From: Ilyomonas sp.
GTDB lineage: Bacteria; Bacteroidota; Bacteroidia; Chitinophagales; Chitinophagaceae
Assembly: GCA_965199905.1 (NCBI GenBank)
Contig: OZ241366.1
Coordinates: 3,242,981-3,306,980 of the forward strand
Length of the DNA: 64,000 nucleotides
Direction of reading: 5' to 3'
Under the pieces are notes generated by a model. It searched no databases and was not told where the DNA came from. It saw only the letters and a list, made by a program, of their open reading frames with translations. Below are positions 40,553-51,699 of this stretch, piece after piece. The stretch's first letter is position 1; each line of letters starts with the position of its first letter. Made by a program: the position numbers and the translations under genes.

Positions 40553-41518
40553 TTATAAAATGCCTTCCCGTAATAAATCGTGCAAATGCAGAACTCCTAA
40601 GTATGTATTGTTTTCGCCCGTAATAACCAATTGTGTAATATCGCTTCTTTTCATAATTTCGAAGGCTTCGGTGGCAAGCGTTTGCGGCGCAATGCTTTTA
40701 GGGTTTTTAGAGTAAATATCAAAAGCCGTCACGCTGCTGATGTTATCAGTTTTCTCGAGCATGCGGCGGATATCGCCGTCGGTGATGATGCCGAGAAGGG
40801 TTTCATTTTCATCTACCACGGCAGTGCAGCCAAGTCGTTTGCGGGAGATTTCACTTATGATGGCTTTTACCGGCGTGGTGAGCAGCACCTGCGGTTTTTC
40901 GTTTATCTTATATAAATCTTCAGCTCTTAAATAAAGACGTTTGCCAATATTGCCACCGGGATGATAACGCGCAAAATCGCTTTCGTCGAAACCTTTGAGC
41001 GTCATAAGGCAGACGGCAAGGGCATCGCCGATAACGAGCTGGGCAGTGGTGCTGTTGGTGGGAGCTAAGTTGTTGAGGCAAGATTCTTCGGTTACGGAAG
41101 CATTGAGAACAAGGCTTGCTTCGCCTGCTAAGTAAGACTTATGGTTGCCGGTAATGGCAATCATTATTTTACACAATTGTTTTAAAATCGGCACCAACGT
41201 CTTTATTTCACTGCTGTTTCCGCTGTTGCTGAGTATAATAATGAGGTCATCTTTTTGTATCATTCCGAGGTCGCCGTGAATAGCGTCGGCAGCGTGCATA
41301 AAAAGAGCAGGTGTACCTGTAGAGTTGAAGGTGGCGACAATTTTCCGGGCGATGATGGCGCTTTTGCCAACGCCGGTCACCACGGTTCTGCCGGTGCAGG
41401 CCTGAATGGCTTCAACGGCTTTTTGGAAATTTTCGCCGATAAACTCTTCAAGGCGGGCAATGGAGCGAGCTTCGGAGCGGATGGTTTGTATGGCGGTAGC
41501 GAGGATATCTGTGGTCAT
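40553..41518 (-). CDS. KpsF/GutQ family sugar-phosphate isomerase (arabinose-5-phosphate isomerase) with CBS pair
   Basis: TGVGKSAIIARKIVATFNSTGT, HGDLG, LAPTNSTT, GDALAVCL, HPGG, GIITDGDIRR; start moved to MTTDILATA. Confidence 0.92.
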   Translation of the reverse strand: MTTDILATAIQTIRSEARSIARLEEFIGENFQKAVEAIQACTGRTVVTGVGKSAIIARKIVATFNSTGTPALFMHAADAIHGDLGMIQKDDLIIILSNSGNSSEIKTLVPILKQLCKIMIAITGNHKSYLAGEASLVLNASVTEESCLNNLAPTNSTTAQLVIGDALAVCLMTLKGFDESDFARYHPGGNIGKRLYLRAEDLYKINEKPQVLLTTPVKAIISEISRKRLGCTAVVDENETLLGIITDGDIRRMLEKTDNISSVTAFDIYSKNPKSIAPQTLATEAFEIMKRSDITQLVITGENNTYLGVLHLHDLLREGIL

Positions 41519-41853
41519 GCGGGGCAAAGGTAATGGGGAAGATTGGGTTTGGGGCAAGAGATGCCTGCTTATCCGGTTGTTGGATGCCGCCTTTTCTTGT
41601 TTCACGAAAAGGCGGTTTCTGGTAATGGAAAAGGCGGTTTTTATTTCCGGGTAAATGAAGAAAAAGTTTAAAGGCTGTTTTCGGATGGAAACTGTAACTT
41701 TAAACAATAGAAATCTGCTGAGGGAACTTTAACAAGTTACGGTTGTTTATATGGACGATTCGGGGTTAATTTCGTCTCCCTTTTTCCTTACTTTTTATTT
41801 TTCAATAAAGTTTTTTAAATCGCCTTGCTGCACGTACAGAGGCACCGACAATT

Positions 41854-44151
41854 ATGGCAACAGTTTCAAAAAGAACAACGACCGCGCGAACTGCGAGAAA
41901 ATCCAAAAGTGTAAATGAAGAGATTGAGCGAAAACCAGTTGCTAATACCTTTACTCACAATTACGAAATTCATAAACATCTGCAGGCAAACTTTGGGTTT
42001 GAACATTTTAAGGGCTTGCAGGAAGATGCGATAAACAGCCTGCTGAACGGGCGTGATACGTTTGTGATTATGCCAACGGGCGGCGGAAAAAGCTTGTGCT
42101 ACCAGTTGCCGGCGCTGATTCTCGAAGGCTGTGCTATTATAGTGAGTCCGCTGATAGCGTTAATGAAGAACCAGGTGGACCTTGTGCGTGGTTATAGTGA
42201 GAATGATAATGTGGCGCATTTTTTAAATTCGTCTTTGAACAAAGGACAGATTACGCAGGTAAAAAGCGATTTGATAGAAGGCAAAACAAAACTGCTGTAC
42301 GTGGCGCCTGAAACGTTGACGAAGCAGGAGAACTTAGATTTCTTTAAAGATCTGAAGGTGTCTTTTTTTGCGGTGGATGAAGCGCACTGTATTTCGGAAT
42401 GGGGACATGATTTTCGTCCTGAATATCGCCGCCTGCGCGAGATGATGGATATCATTAACCCGGAAATTCCTGTAGTGGCTTTAACGGCTACAGCTACGCC
42501 AAAAGTGCAGAGCGATATTGTAAAGAACCTTGGGTTGCGCAGCGCCAATGTTTTTATTTCGTCGTTTAACCGCCCGAACCTGTATTATGAAATTGTGCCG
42601 AAAGTGAAGAAAGACCAGACGATTAAGAGTATCGTCCGCTTCATTACGGGTATGAAAAATAAAAGTGGCATTATCTATACACTCAATAGAAAAACTACGG
42701 AAGAGCTGGCTGATGTGCTGATGGCAAACGGGATTAAAGCCGTAGCTTATCATGCGGGTTTGGATGCCAAACTGCGCGCAGATAGACAGGATCAGTTTCT
42801 GAATGAAGATGTGCAGGTAATTGTGGCAACCATCGCCTTCGGGATGGGGATTGATAAGCCGGATATCAGGTTTGTGATTCACTTTAACGTGCCGAAATCG
42901 ATTGAAAATTATTACCAGGAAACAGGTCGTGCTGGACGTGACGGATTGGAAGGAAAATGCTTGTTATACTATTCTCATAAGGATGTTTCCAAACTGGAGC
43001 ACCTGATGCGCGATAAGCCTTTAAGCGAGCGAGAAGTAGGTGCGCAGCTAATAAATGAAACGCTGGCATTTGCAGAGACTTCGGTTTGCAGAAGAAAGGT
43101 GCTGATGCATTATTTTGGTGAAGATTGGGGTGATGAGAATTGCCAGAATTGTGATAACTGCCTGCATCCGAAAGAGAAAATTGAAGCTAAAGAGGAAGCC
43201 TGTAAAGTGCTGAAAGTGGTGAATGCGCTGGAAGAACGCTTCCCCGCGGATTACGCGGTGAATATCATTACCGGCAGGCAAACGCCGCAGGTACAGATGT
43301 ATCGCCATGAAAAACTGGATGTGTTTGGCATTGGTAAGGATAAAGATGATCATTTCTGGAATAGCCTGATCAGGCAGATGCTTCTTTTTAATTTGCTGCG
43401 CAAAGACATTGAAGAATATGGCTTACTGAAGTTTACAGAAGAAGGACATGCATTTTTAAAGAAATCGCATTCATTTAAGATTGTATTGAACAACTCATTT
43501 GAAGATGCGAACTATGATGATGAGGAAGGTGAAGGTGCGGGCGCAACCGGTGGTGCAGCAGACGAAAAACTGCTTGACATGCTGAAAGAGATGCGCCAGA
43601 AAGAAGCGAAGAAAAAAGGCTTGCCTCCCTTTGTGCTGTTCCTTGAAAATTCGCTGATAGATATGGCAACCATGTACCCGACTTCGATGGGAGAAATGGA
43701 AAAATGCCAGGGCGTAAGTAAAGGGAAGGCTTTAAAATTTGGTCGTCCGTTTATTGATTTGATTGCGAAATATGTAGAGGAAAATGACATTGAAAAGCCG
43801 GATGATTTTGTAATGAAAAGCGTTGCCAACAAGAGCAGCAATAAGATTTACATCATTCAGAATATTGATAAAAAAATTCCGTTGGAAACCATTGCCCGCA
43901 ATAAAGATTTGCGGCTGGATTCTTTGCTGGAAGAAATGGAAACGATTGTGGCAAGCGGTACGAAGCTAAACCTGAATTATGCCATTGAAAGCATGCTGGA
44001 TGATGACGACCAGGACGAGATCATTGATTATTTCCGCAGTTGCGAGACGTCTTCTTTAGATGTGGCAAGGGAAGAATTATCTGACAGTAATTACAACTGG
44101 GAACAGTTGAAGATTATGCGTATCAAATTTTTAAGCGAGTACGGAAATTAG
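41854..44151 (+). CDS. recQ: ATP-dependent DNA helicase RecQ
   Basis: MPTGGGKSLCYQ, VDEAHCISEWGHDFRPEY, ALTATA, ATIAFGMGIDKPD, QETGRAGRDG, Zn-binding CRR..C..CDNC, HRDC. Confidence 0.97.
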   Translation: MATVSKRTTTARTARKSKSVNEEIERKPVANTFTHNYEIHKHLQANFGFEHFKGLQEDAINSLLNGRDTFVIMPTGGGKSLCYQLPALILEGCAIIVSPLIALMKNQVDLVRGYSENDNVAHFLNSSLNKGQITQVKSDLIEGKTKLLYVAPETLTKQENLDFFKDLKVSFFAVDEAHCISEWGHDFRPEYRRLREMMDIINPEIPVVALTATATPKVQSDIVKNLGLRSANVFISSFNRPNLYYEIVPKVKKDQTIKSIVRFITGMKNKSGIIYTLNRKTTEELADVLMANGIKAVAYHAGLDAKLRADRQDQFLNEDVQVIVATIAFGMGIDKPDIRFVIHFNVPKSIENYYQETGRAGRDGLEGKCLLYYSHKDVSKLEHLMRDKPLSEREVGAQLINETLAFAETSVCRRKVLMHYFGEDWGDENCQNCDNCLHPKEKIEAKEEACKVLKVVNALEERFPADYAVNIITGRQTPQVQMYRHEKLDVFGIGKDKDDHFWNSLIRQMLLFNLLRKDIEEYGLLKFTEEGHAFLKKSHSFKIVLNNSFEDANYDDEEGEGAGATGGAADEKLLDMLKEMRQKEAKKKGLPPFVLFLENSLIDMATMYPTSMGEMEKCQGVSKGKALKFGRPFIDLIAKYVEENDIEKPDDFVMKSVANKSSNKIYIIQNIDKKIPLETIARNKDLRLDSLLEEMETIVASGTKLNLNYAIESMLDDDDQDEIIDYFRSCETSSLDVAREELSDSNYNWEQLKIMRIKFLSEYGN

Positions 44152-44182
44152 TCATAAGTAATACGTTCATATTATAAATAAA

Positions 44183-44214
44183 AGTCATGATGCGACTGCA
44201 TCGTGGCTTTTTTT
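44183..44214 (+). terminator. Intrinsic terminator after recQ
   Basis: AGTCATGATGC-GACT-GCATCGTGGCT followed by a T-run. Confidence 0.6.
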
Positions 44215-44258
44215 GTGGAAATAAAAAGGTGGCTGCATCTTACTTGAAAACCAATTTT

Positions 44259-44777
44259 ATGGCAGAGATTCAAACCGCAACATCATCACACAAACACGGA
44301 AAGCCAACACGGAAGCGGCTTTCCACGCGTATCGACTTAACCCCGATGGTCGACTTAGGCTTTTTGCTGATTACGTTTTTCATTTTTACAACGGCATTGT
44401 CTACACCGTCGGTAATGAAGCTGAACTTACCTGTTGATGATGTTGAAGACAAAATGACTGTTTCTAAAAACAAAGTATTTACACTTGTGTTAGGTAAGAA
44501 TAATTTGGTTGGTTATTATTTTGGTTCGGATGCTGCGGCTATGCAGTTTACAAATTATTCAGGAGCTGGCATTCGTGCAGAAATACAAAGGGCACAGCAG
44601 CAGGTAGCGAGAAAGTTTGGGGATAAGCTGGAGCTTTTTACCCTTATTAAACCCACACCAGAATCATCTTATAAAAATGTGGTAGATGCGCTGGACGAAA
44701 TGCTTATTAATGGTGTAAAGCGCTATGTACTAACGGAAGCAGATGCGGCGGAAGTGAAGATGACGGATGGGAAATAG
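44259..44777 (+). CDS. ExbD/TolR family biopolymer transporter
   Basis: RIDLTPMVDLGFLLITFFIFT, YKNVVDALDEM; start at MAEIQ. Confidence 0.9.
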   Translation: MAEIQTATSSHKHGKPTRKRLSTRIDLTPMVDLGFLLITFFIFTTALSTPSVMKLNLPVDDVEDKMTVSKNKVFTLVLGKNNLVGYYFGSDAAAMQFTNYSGAGIRAEIQRAQQQVARKFGDKLELFTLIKPTPESSYKNVVDALDEMLINGVKRYVLTEADAAEVKMTDGK

Positions 44778-44965
44778 TTTGTGGAAAAAAGATGCCTTTA
44801 CAGAAATACAAGTTGTCTTTTTCAGCCATTTGCATTACTGAAAACTGTATTTGCCTGTAATCTTCTTAATTTTTTTTCAGGTTAATCCTTTCAACATTTT
44901 TCTGCGGTTGTAATGGCATATACTTTGGGAAATTACAATACGGAATTTCCCAAAAATTTTCATAC

Positions 44966-45220
44966 ATGACAACGACAGTATCTGATCTGCACAGTACGTT
45001 TGAATATTTAGAAATAGCTGCCATTACGTGCACTGGCAATAGTATGGTGGTTAAGGTTCTTGATGTGCAGGGAAGAATTGCCAAAATCATTCGTCAAAGT
45101 GTTGAAGACAATATTGACAGGTTGCGCCTGAATGTTGAGGACTTGTGTACGGGTAAATACATTATCAATATTTTTTCAGATGATCACTTTATCAAAGCTG
45201 TCCGGTACACAAAAATTTAA
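44966..45220 (+). CDS. Small protein resembling a stand-alone T9SS C-terminal domain
   Basis: VKVLDVQGR...LNVEDLCTGKYIINI...K; no signal peptide; own terminator. Confidence 0.6.
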   Translation: MTTTVSDLHSTFEYLEIAAITCTGNSMVVKVLDVQGRIAKIIRQSVEDNIDRLRLNVEDLCTGKYIINIFSDDHFIKAVRYTKI

Positions 45221-45240
45221 TAGCCGCTTACCTAATTTAT

Positions 45241-45270
45241 AAAAGCCCGTTCTTTTGAGCGGGTTTTTTA
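45241..45270 (+). terminator. Intrinsic terminator
   Basis: CCCGTTC-TTTT-GAGCGGG followed by TTTTTT. Confidence 0.65.
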
Positions 45271-45313
45271 TTCGTTTGAAGCCTACATTTACAATAGATT
45301 TTAATAGCTGCCT

Positions 45314-46573
45314 TTGATTACCAAACGTCATATTCCGTTTTTAAAAGCCGTTTTTCTACATAGTATTTCTGCCTTCGGCGGTCCGCAGGGGCATTATGGA
45401 ATGATGCTGAAAACATTTGTTCACCAGCGGAAGGACATAACAGAAGAAGAACTAACGGAATATATTGGCTTTTGCCAGATGCTGCCGGGCGCATCATCTA
45501 CACAAACGCTAACGCTAATAGGGTACAAGAGAGGTGGTCTTCCTTTAGCAATTCTGACTCTGCTTATCTGGGTTTTACCTGCCTGCTTTATCATGAGTGC
45601 ATTGTCTTTTTTATTGCCTTATATCAGCAATAAATATTTTAATGTACAGATCTTCAAGTACATACAACCAATGGCAATTGGTTTTATTACTTTTTCGGCG
45701 TTCCGGCTATTTCGTCTTTCTGTGCACAATACCATTACGCGGTTTATTATGGTGATTGTGAGCTTGCTTACTTTTTTATTCTTCAAAACTCCCTGGATAT
45801 TTCCAGCTATGCTAATATCTGCCGGCATTGCCACCAATTTCAGCGACAAGCGATATCCTGATAAAAAAGAGGGCAGAAAAAAAATCAGGTGGGGAAATAT
45901 TATTATTTTTTCCTCTCTCTTCCTCATTGCGGCATCTTTGAGCGAAACAGCAAGAAACCAGGAATGGAAAAACCGCGGACCGTATAATTTATTTGAGAAT
46001 TTTTACCGTTTTGGAAGCCTTGTGTTTGGTGGCGGCGATGTTCTAATGCCTATGATGTATGAACAGTATGTTGTGCGTCCAAATACAGATATTGTGCGGC
46101 AAAAAAATCCGAATGTACTTCGTATGACGAAAGAAGAGTTTTTAACAGGCTCAGGAATGGTTCGGGCAATTCCAGGACCCGTTTTTTCAATTGGCTCATA
46201 TGTTGGCGGAACTGTGTTAGGCAAAAAAAATATCGATTATCAGGCGATTGGGTGTTTAATTGGTATGATCGCTATTTTTCTGCCGAGCGCTCTTTTGGTC
46301 TTGTTCTTCTTTCCGGTTTGGAATAATCTGAAAAAATATACAGCTATTTATCGATCGCTGGAAGGCATCAATGCTGCAGTTGCAGGAATTATTACGGGTT
46401 CCTGTATTTTCCTGATTCATGATATTTTCAGTGGCAATTTACTGCCGGTTACACCGCTTTCTGCGTTTGTTGATATCGGCGTTATTGTGGGTACTTTTTG
46501 CTTTCTCTATTTCACAAAATTGAGAGCTCCTTTTATTGCTTTAGCCTGCTTGCTCCTTGGTATTTTTTTCTGA
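45314..46573 (+). CDS. Chromate transporter (CHR family, long form)
   Basis: [32 protein letters not shown] duplicated halves; TTG start. Confidence 0.92.
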   Translation: MITKRHIPFLKAVFLHSISAFGGPQGHYGMMLKTFVHQRKDITEEELTEYIGFCQMLPGASSTQTLTLIGYKRGGLPLAILTLLIWVLPACFIMSALSFLLPYISNKYFNVQIFKYIQPMAIGFITFSAFRLFRLSVHNTITRFIMVIVSLLTFLFFKTPWIFPAMLISAGIATNFSDKRYPDKKEGRKKIRWGNIIIFSSLFLIAASLSETARNQEWKNRGPYNLFENFYRFGSLVFGGGDVLMPMMYEQYVVRPNTDIVRQKNPNVLRMTKEEFLTGSGMVRAIPGPVFSIGSYVGGTVLGKKNIDYQAIGCLIGMIAIFLPSALLVLFFFPVWNNLKKYTAIYRSLEGINAAVAGIITGSCIFLIHDIFSGNLLPVTPLSAFVDIGVIVGTFCFLYFTKLRAPFIALACLLLGIFF

Positions 46574-47143
46574 CTGCTGATAATAGCGATTCCTTATAAT
46601 CTCATCATAAACAGTATCTGGTAATAAATACCTGACACTTTTTTTACTTTGAATTTGTTGACGAATATAAGTTGAAGAAATTTCCAATAGAGGAGCTTCT
46701 ACAATCCGGCAATTTGCTTTATCATAATTTAAAACCGGAAACTTGGGCCTATTATATATAATAAATGAAAAATTTTTAAGTAAAATATGTCCATTTTTCC
46801 ATTTACTGATGTTTTGAAAACTATCTGACCCTAAAATGATTTTATAATTGTGTGAAGGATTTTTTTCTTGCAGATAAGTGAGTGTGTCAACTGTATAAGA
46901 CGGAACAGGCAGTTTAAATTCAATATCAGATACCTGCAAATGAGAACTGTCGCCAATAGCCAGGCGAACTAAATGCAGCCGGTGATAACTGTTTAAAAGA
47001 GACGACGATGGCTTAAAGGGATTTTGCGGAGAAACAACGAACCAAACTTGTTCTACATCGGTATGTTGCTGTACAAATTCAGCGATAATAAGATGACCGA
47101 CATGAATAGGATTGAAAGAGCCAAAATACAATCCGATATTCAT
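46541..47143 (-). CDS. nadD: Nicotinate-nucleotide adenylyltransferase
   Basis: [41 protein letters not shown]. Confidence 0.96.
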   Translation of the reverse strand: MNIGLYFGSFNPIHVGHLIIAEFVQQHTDVEQVWFVVSPQNPFKPSSSLLNSYHRLHLVRLAIGDSSHLQVSDIEFKLPVPSYTVDTLTYLQEKNPSHNYKIILGSDSFQNISKWKNGHILLKNFSFIIYNRPKFPVLNYDKANCRIVEAPLLEISSTYIRQQIQSKKSVRYLLPDTVYDEIIRNRYYQQSEKNTKEQAG

Positions 47144-47144
47144 A

Positions 47145-47375
47145 TTAATTGATTTCTTCAACCAGAATGTTTGCAGCTTCTTCTTTACGAAGACTTAGTA
47201 TATAACCAGAAACAGCAACTGATATAGGATCACCTAATGGTGCTATCTTATCAATCCAAATAACTTCTCCAGGCACGCAACCCATTTCCATCAGTTTGAT
47301 ATGTATATCCTCATTTGCAAATTCCTTAATTGTAACTTCTTTTCCCGCTGGCATTTCCGTTAATTTTTTAAGCAT
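47145..47375 (-). CDS. FeoA family protein
   Basis: KLMEMGCVPG...APLGDPI...LSLRKEEA. Confidence 0.92.
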   Translation of the reverse strand: MLKKLTEMPAGKEVTIKEFANEDIHIKLMEMGCVPGEVIWIDKIAPLGDPISVAVSGYILSLRKEEAANILVEEIN

Positions 47376-47454
47376 GCAGCAAAAGTAGAATTAGATTTTT
47401 TTTAAAGTCTCATACCATCGTAAAATAACGCCTTCACAACCCGAATCGGTAAAT

Positions 47455-47898
47455 TTGCAAATGCCTTTGGTTACTTTTCAAAATGCAGATGCTACGCCTG
47501 TTTTTAAAGGCAAAGCGAAACTCAAAAAGTTTATTCCGGAATTTTTTTCCGATTATAAGTTATCACTTGAATCACTTACTGTTGTTTTTTGTTCTGATGA
47601 ATATCTTCTTGTGCTCAATCGCCAATTTTTACAGCATGATTATTATACCGATATTCTAACTTTTGATTTAGGTTTTAGTTATTCGACTGTAGGAGAAATT
47701 TACATCAGCATAGATAGAGTTAAGGAAAACGCACTCTCACTAAATGTTTCCTTTCAGGATGAATTGCTGAGAATTATTTTTCATGGAATTTTGCATTTGT
47801 GCGGCTTTAGTGATAAAACTTCTTTACAGAAGAAAAAAATGACGGAAAAAGAGAATCAGTTGCTCGCCAGGTTTGCGGCATTTCACGTGAAACAATAA
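47455..47898 (+). CDS. ybeY: rRNA maturation endoribonuclease YbeY
   Basis: HDYYTDILTF, GEIYISIDRV, HGILHLCGFSD; TTG start. Confidence 0.93.
   Translation: MQMPLVTFQNADATPVFKGKAKLKKFIPEFFSDYKLSLESLTVVFCSDEYLLVLNRQFLQHDYYTDILTFDLGFSYSTVGEIYISIDRVKENALSLNVSFQDELLRIIFHGILHLCGFSDKTSLQKKKMTEKENQLLARFAAFHVKQ
47879..47894. promoter_or_regulatory. parS-like ParB binding site
   Basis: CATTTCACGTGAAACA: 14/16 match to TGTTTCACGTGAAACA with intact palindromic core; in the ybeY 3' end just before mnmG. Confidence 0.7.
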
Positions 47899-47906
47899 AG
47901 AAAATT

Positions 47907-49775
47907 ATGTTTTTAGAATACGATGTAATTGTAGCTGGCGCAGGCCATGCAGGTTGCGAAGCTGCATGTGCGGCAGCAAATATGGGAAGTAGCGTATTAT
48001 TGGTAACAATGAATATGCAAACCATAGCTCAAATGAGCTGCAATCCAGCTATGGGCGGAATTGCAAAAGGGCAAATTGTTCGGGAAATAGATGCACTGGG
48101 AGGTATGAGTGGAATTGTTACAGATATAAGCTCCTTACAATTTCGCATGCTCAACAAAAGCAAAGGACCAGCCATGTGGAGCCCCCGTGCCCAATGTGAT
48201 AGAATGCTATTTGCACAAACCTGGCGTGAAAAATTAGAAGAAAACAGGAATGTCGATTTCTACCAAGATACTGTTCAATCCATTATTATTGAAAATAAGA
48301 AGGTTTGCGGAGTCATCACCAGTTTGGGAAACGAAATCAGATGCAAAGCAGTCGTCTTAACAAGCGGAACTTTTTTGAACGGCGTTATACACATAGGAGA
48401 GAAGCGGATAGGCGGCGGCCGTGTGGCAGAAAAAGCAGCTACTGGTATTACAGAACAATTAGTGAGCTTGGGTTTTAGCAGTAACCGCTTAAAAACAGGA
48501 ACACCGCCTCGCATTGATGGGCGAAGCCTGGATTACTCAAAAATGGAAGAGCAAAAAGGCGATGATGAAATCATTGGCTTCTCTTACTTGCCATTTCAAA
48601 AGTTGAAACCTGAAAATCAACTAAGCTGTTTTGTAACCTATACCAATTCGACCGTTCACGATATTCTGAAAACCGGTTTTGACAGAAGCCCGATGTTTAC
48701 AGGCAGAATTGAAGGTACAGGCCCACGTTATTGCCCGAGTATTGAAGATAAAATAAACCGCTTTGCTGATCGGGACAGGCACCAGATTTTTGTAGAACCA
48801 GAAGGTTTTAAAACGGTTGAAATCTATGTAAATGGCTTTTCTACTTCGTTACCGGAAGAAGTTCAGCACCAGGCAATCCGGCAAATGCCGGGCTTTGAAA
48901 ATGCAAAAATGTTTCGCCCTGGTTATGCGATAGAATATGATTTTTTTCCACCAACACAACTGACAGCAAGTCTTGAAACCAAGTATGTAAACAACCTGTT
49001 TTTTGCCGGGCAAATCAATGGCACAACAGGCTATGAAGAGGCAGCCTGCCAGGGACTAATAGCCGGAATGAATGCACACTTAAAAGTGCAGGAGAAAGAA
49101 CCACTTATTTTGAAAAGAAATGAAGCTTACATTGGTGTATTAATCGATGACCTGATTAATAAAGGAACAGATGAACCATACCGTATGTTCACAAGCCGAG
49201 CAGAATACCGGACGCTTCTCAGGCAAGATAATGCCGATTTGCGCTTGACTGAAATGAGCTATAAACTTGGATTGGCAAGTGAAAAAAGAATGGAACTGAT
49301 GTCAGCAAAAAAACAGGAAGTAGCCGATATTATAAAGAAAGTAAACACAACTACCATTTCTCCTTCAGAAATAAATGGTTATTTACAGCAAATAGAATCT
49401 GCACCAATTGTAGAAAAACAAAAGCTATCTAAAATTATTTTACGCCCCGATGTATCGTTGCAAGCTGTGATAGAATCCTTTTCTCAATTAGAGAATAGTT
49501 TTTCCGGATATTCGATTGATTCTTTACAACAAAGCGAGATACAGATTAAATATGAACGTTATATAGAAAAAGAAGAACAACTTGTTGCAAAGCTGAATGA
49601 ATTGGAAAATCTGGTGATTCCGGATGTTTTTGACTATAATAGCATTTCGGCTTTAAGCAATGAAGCGCTTCAAAAGTTTAAAAGAATTCGTCCCAGAACC
49701 ATTGGACAAGCCAGCCGGATAAGCGGCGTAAACCCAAGCGATATTCAAATACTTATGATATATATTGGAAGATAA
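47907..49775 (+). CDS. mnmG: tRNA uridine-5-carboxymethylaminomethyl modification enzyme
   Basis: GAGHAGCEAA, MSCNPAMGG, LKTGTPPR, GPRYCPSIEDK, AGQINGTTGYEEAA, RMFTSRAEYR. Confidence 0.98.
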   Translation: MFLEYDVIVAGAGHAGCEAACAAANMGSSVLLVTMNMQTIAQMSCNPAMGGIAKGQIVREIDALGGMSGIVTDISSLQFRMLNKSKGPAMWSPRAQCDRMLFAQTWREKLEENRNVDFYQDTVQSIIIENKKVCGVITSLGNEIRCKAVVLTSGTFLNGVIHIGEKRIGGGRVAEKAATGITEQLVSLGFSSNRLKTGTPPRIDGRSLDYSKMEEQKGDDEIIGFSYLPFQKLKPENQLSCFVTYTNSTVHDILKTGFDRSPMFTGRIEGTGPRYCPSIEDKINRFADRDRHQIFVEPEGFKTVEIYVNGFSTSLPEEVQHQAIRQMPGFENAKMFRPGYAIEYDFFPPTQLTASLETKYVNNLFFAGQINGTTGYEEAACQGLIAGMNAHLKVQEKEPLILKRNEAYIGVLIDDLINKGTDEPYRMFTSRAEYRTLLRQDNADLRLTEMSYKLGLASEKRMELMSAKKQEVADIIKKVNTTTISPSEINGYLQQIESAPIVEKQKLSKIILRPDVSLQAVIESFSQLENSFSGYSIDSLQQSEIQIKYERYIEKEEQLVAKLNELENLVIPDVFDYNSISALSNEALQKFKRIRPRTIGQASRISGVNPSDIQILMIYIGR

Positions 49776-49902
49776 GTAATTGATAAACAATAGATTACAA
49801 TAAATAAAAATATTAATCATTCCCAAATTCCGGTTAAAAGCGGTCTGACATTTTTAACTGCCATAGTTCATCTGTAATATTACAGGCAAATCTGCCTTTT
49901 CA

Positions 49903-50679
49903 TTGAAAACGTTCCGGTTATTATTTGTTTTTCTTTTACTTTCCGGTGCTTCTTCAACATTGAAAGCACAGGTTGTACAAGTATCCGGTTCTGTTTACGA
50001 TTTTAGCAACCGGCTCCCAATAGAAGCTGTTAGCGTGGTGTGCACTTGTGGCAGCGGAACGATAACGGATTCAAACGGGCATTACAATATCTTGGTAAGG
50101 GAACATGATTCTTTATATTTCTCTTACCTCGGAAAAAATACCATCAAATATCCTGTTGATACCATCAGATACCCGGAGGCATTTGAAATCGGGTTGCATG
50201 TAGATGTAAAATGGTTGCCGGAAGTAAAAGTGAAAACCCATAATTATTACATGGATTCGTTGGAAAACAGGCGTGCTTATGCCAAGGTATTTAATTATCA
50301 GAAACCAGGTATCGCCATTAACAGAAATTCTCCATCAACATATGTTCCCGGCGCTTTAACGGTAGGTTTCGATTTGGACGAACTCATCAATATGTTTCGC
50401 TTCCGAAAAAACCGCCAAATGTTAGCTTTTCAAAATCGCCTGATGAAAGAAGAGCAGGACAAATACATTGATCATCGCTACAGCGTAAGACTGGTGAAAC
50501 AACTTACAAAATTAGAACCTCCTGAATTACAAACATTTATGGATCAATATCGCCCGGAATACGACATCCTGCAGCAAATGAACGATCTGGAATTAGGATA
50601 TTATATCGAGTTATGTTTTGATGACTACCGGAAACAGAAAAACGATACTCACCGCAGAAGTATATTAGGAACCAATTAA
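49903..50679 (+). CDS. Hypothetical exported protein with carboxypeptidase-regulatory-like N-terminal domain
   Basis: Signal peptide; SGSVYD...PIEAVSV...TITDSNGHY...FSYLG pattern; TTG start. Confidence 0.7.
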   Translation: MKTFRLLFVFLLLSGASSTLKAQVVQVSGSVYDFSNRLPIEAVSVVCTCGSGTITDSNGHYNILVREHDSLYFSYLGKNTIKYPVDTIRYPEAFEIGLHVDVKWLPEVKVKTHNYYMDSLENRRAYAKVFNYQKPGIAINRNSPSTYVPGALTVGFDLDELINMFRFRKNRQMLAFQNRLMKEEQDKYIDHRYSVRLVKQLTKLEPPELQTFMDQYRPEYDILQQMNDLELGYYIELCFDDYRKQKNDTHRRSILGTN

Positions 50680-50689
50680 TCATCCTTTA

Positions 50690-51697
50690 TTATCCAATCA
50701 ACCCGGCTTTTTTACTGATATCCAGCATTCTTTCGATAGGTTTTAAAGCAGCGATCCGCAAATCTTCCCGCATAGTTAATTCCGGTATCTCATACTCCAT
50801 ACACAAATACACTTTTTCGAGGGAATTTAGCTTCATATGCGGGCAATCGTTGCAGGCGCAGCTATTATCCGGCGGCGCAGGAATAAACGTCTTATTTGGG
50901 GCGTCTTTCTGCATTTGGTGAAGAATGCCCGTTTCAGTTGCCACAATGTATTCCTGACCTTCGTCCTGCACAGCATAACGAAGTATTTGTGTAGTACTGC
51001 CAATATAATCCGCCGCACGCAGCACGGCATCTTCGCATTCCGGATGCGCAAGCACTTTCGCATTTGGGTGGCGCAGTTTCAGCTTTGTGATTTTTTCAAG
51101 GCTGAAAATCTCATGAACCATACAGGCGCCGTTCCACAGCAGCATGTTTCTTCCGGTTTTCTTATTCAGGTAAGCACCGAGATTTTTATCCGGTGCAAAA
51201 ATGATGGGCTGATCTTCCGGTATGCTTTCAATAATCTTCACTGCATTACTGCTGGTACAGATAATATCACTCAAAGCTTTTATTTCGGCTGAACAATTTA
51301 CATAACTTACCACCAAATGATCCGGATGCTTCTCTTTAAACATCCTGAACAAGGGCGCCGGTGCGCTATCCGCCAGTGAGCAACCTGCATTCAGGTCGGG
51401 CAACAAAACCTTACGTGTTGGATTTAGAATTTTGGCTGTTTCAGCCATGAAATGAACGCCGGCGAACACTATTATATCTGCATCAGTTTTAGCGGCGTAT
51501 TGCGCCAATCCGAGGCTATCCCCGATATAATCTGCCACATCCTGTATATCCGCATCCTGATAGTAGTGCGCAAGCAGCACCGCGTTCTTTTCCTTTTTCA
51601 GCCGTTCTATCTCTTTAAATAAATCAATTGTGGGATTTATGTCGATATCCAGAAACCCGCGTTTCGAAACTTTTTCTTTTGCTTCTGCTATGTTCAT
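50690..51697 (-). CDS. nadA: Quinolinate synthase
   Basis: LLAHYYQ, GDSLGL, GVHFMAE, AGCSLA, YVNCSA, CMVHE, HPEC, C.C..CPHMK. Confidence 0.97.
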   Translation of the reverse strand: MNIAEAKEKVSKRGFLDIDINPTIDLFKEIERLKKEKNAVLLAHYYQDADIQDVADYIGDSLGLAQYAAKTDADIIVFAGVHFMAETAKILNPTRKVLLPDLNAGCSLADSAPAPLFRMFKEKHPDHLVVSYVNCSAEIKALSDIICTSSNAVKIIESIPEDQPIIFAPDKNLGAYLNKKTGRNMLLWNGACMVHEIFSLEKITKLKLRHPNAKVLAHPECEDAVLRAADYIGSTTQILRYAVQDEGQEYIVATETGILHQMQKDAPNKTFIPAPPDNSCACNDCPHMKLNSLEKVYLCMEYEIPELTMREDLRIAALKPIERMLDISKKAGLIG

Positions 51698-51699
51698 AA

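Noticed and set aside
44259-47375. Orphan exbD and feoA without exbB/feoB
   Set aside because: Partners may lie elsewhere in the genome; common arrangement with no further signal.
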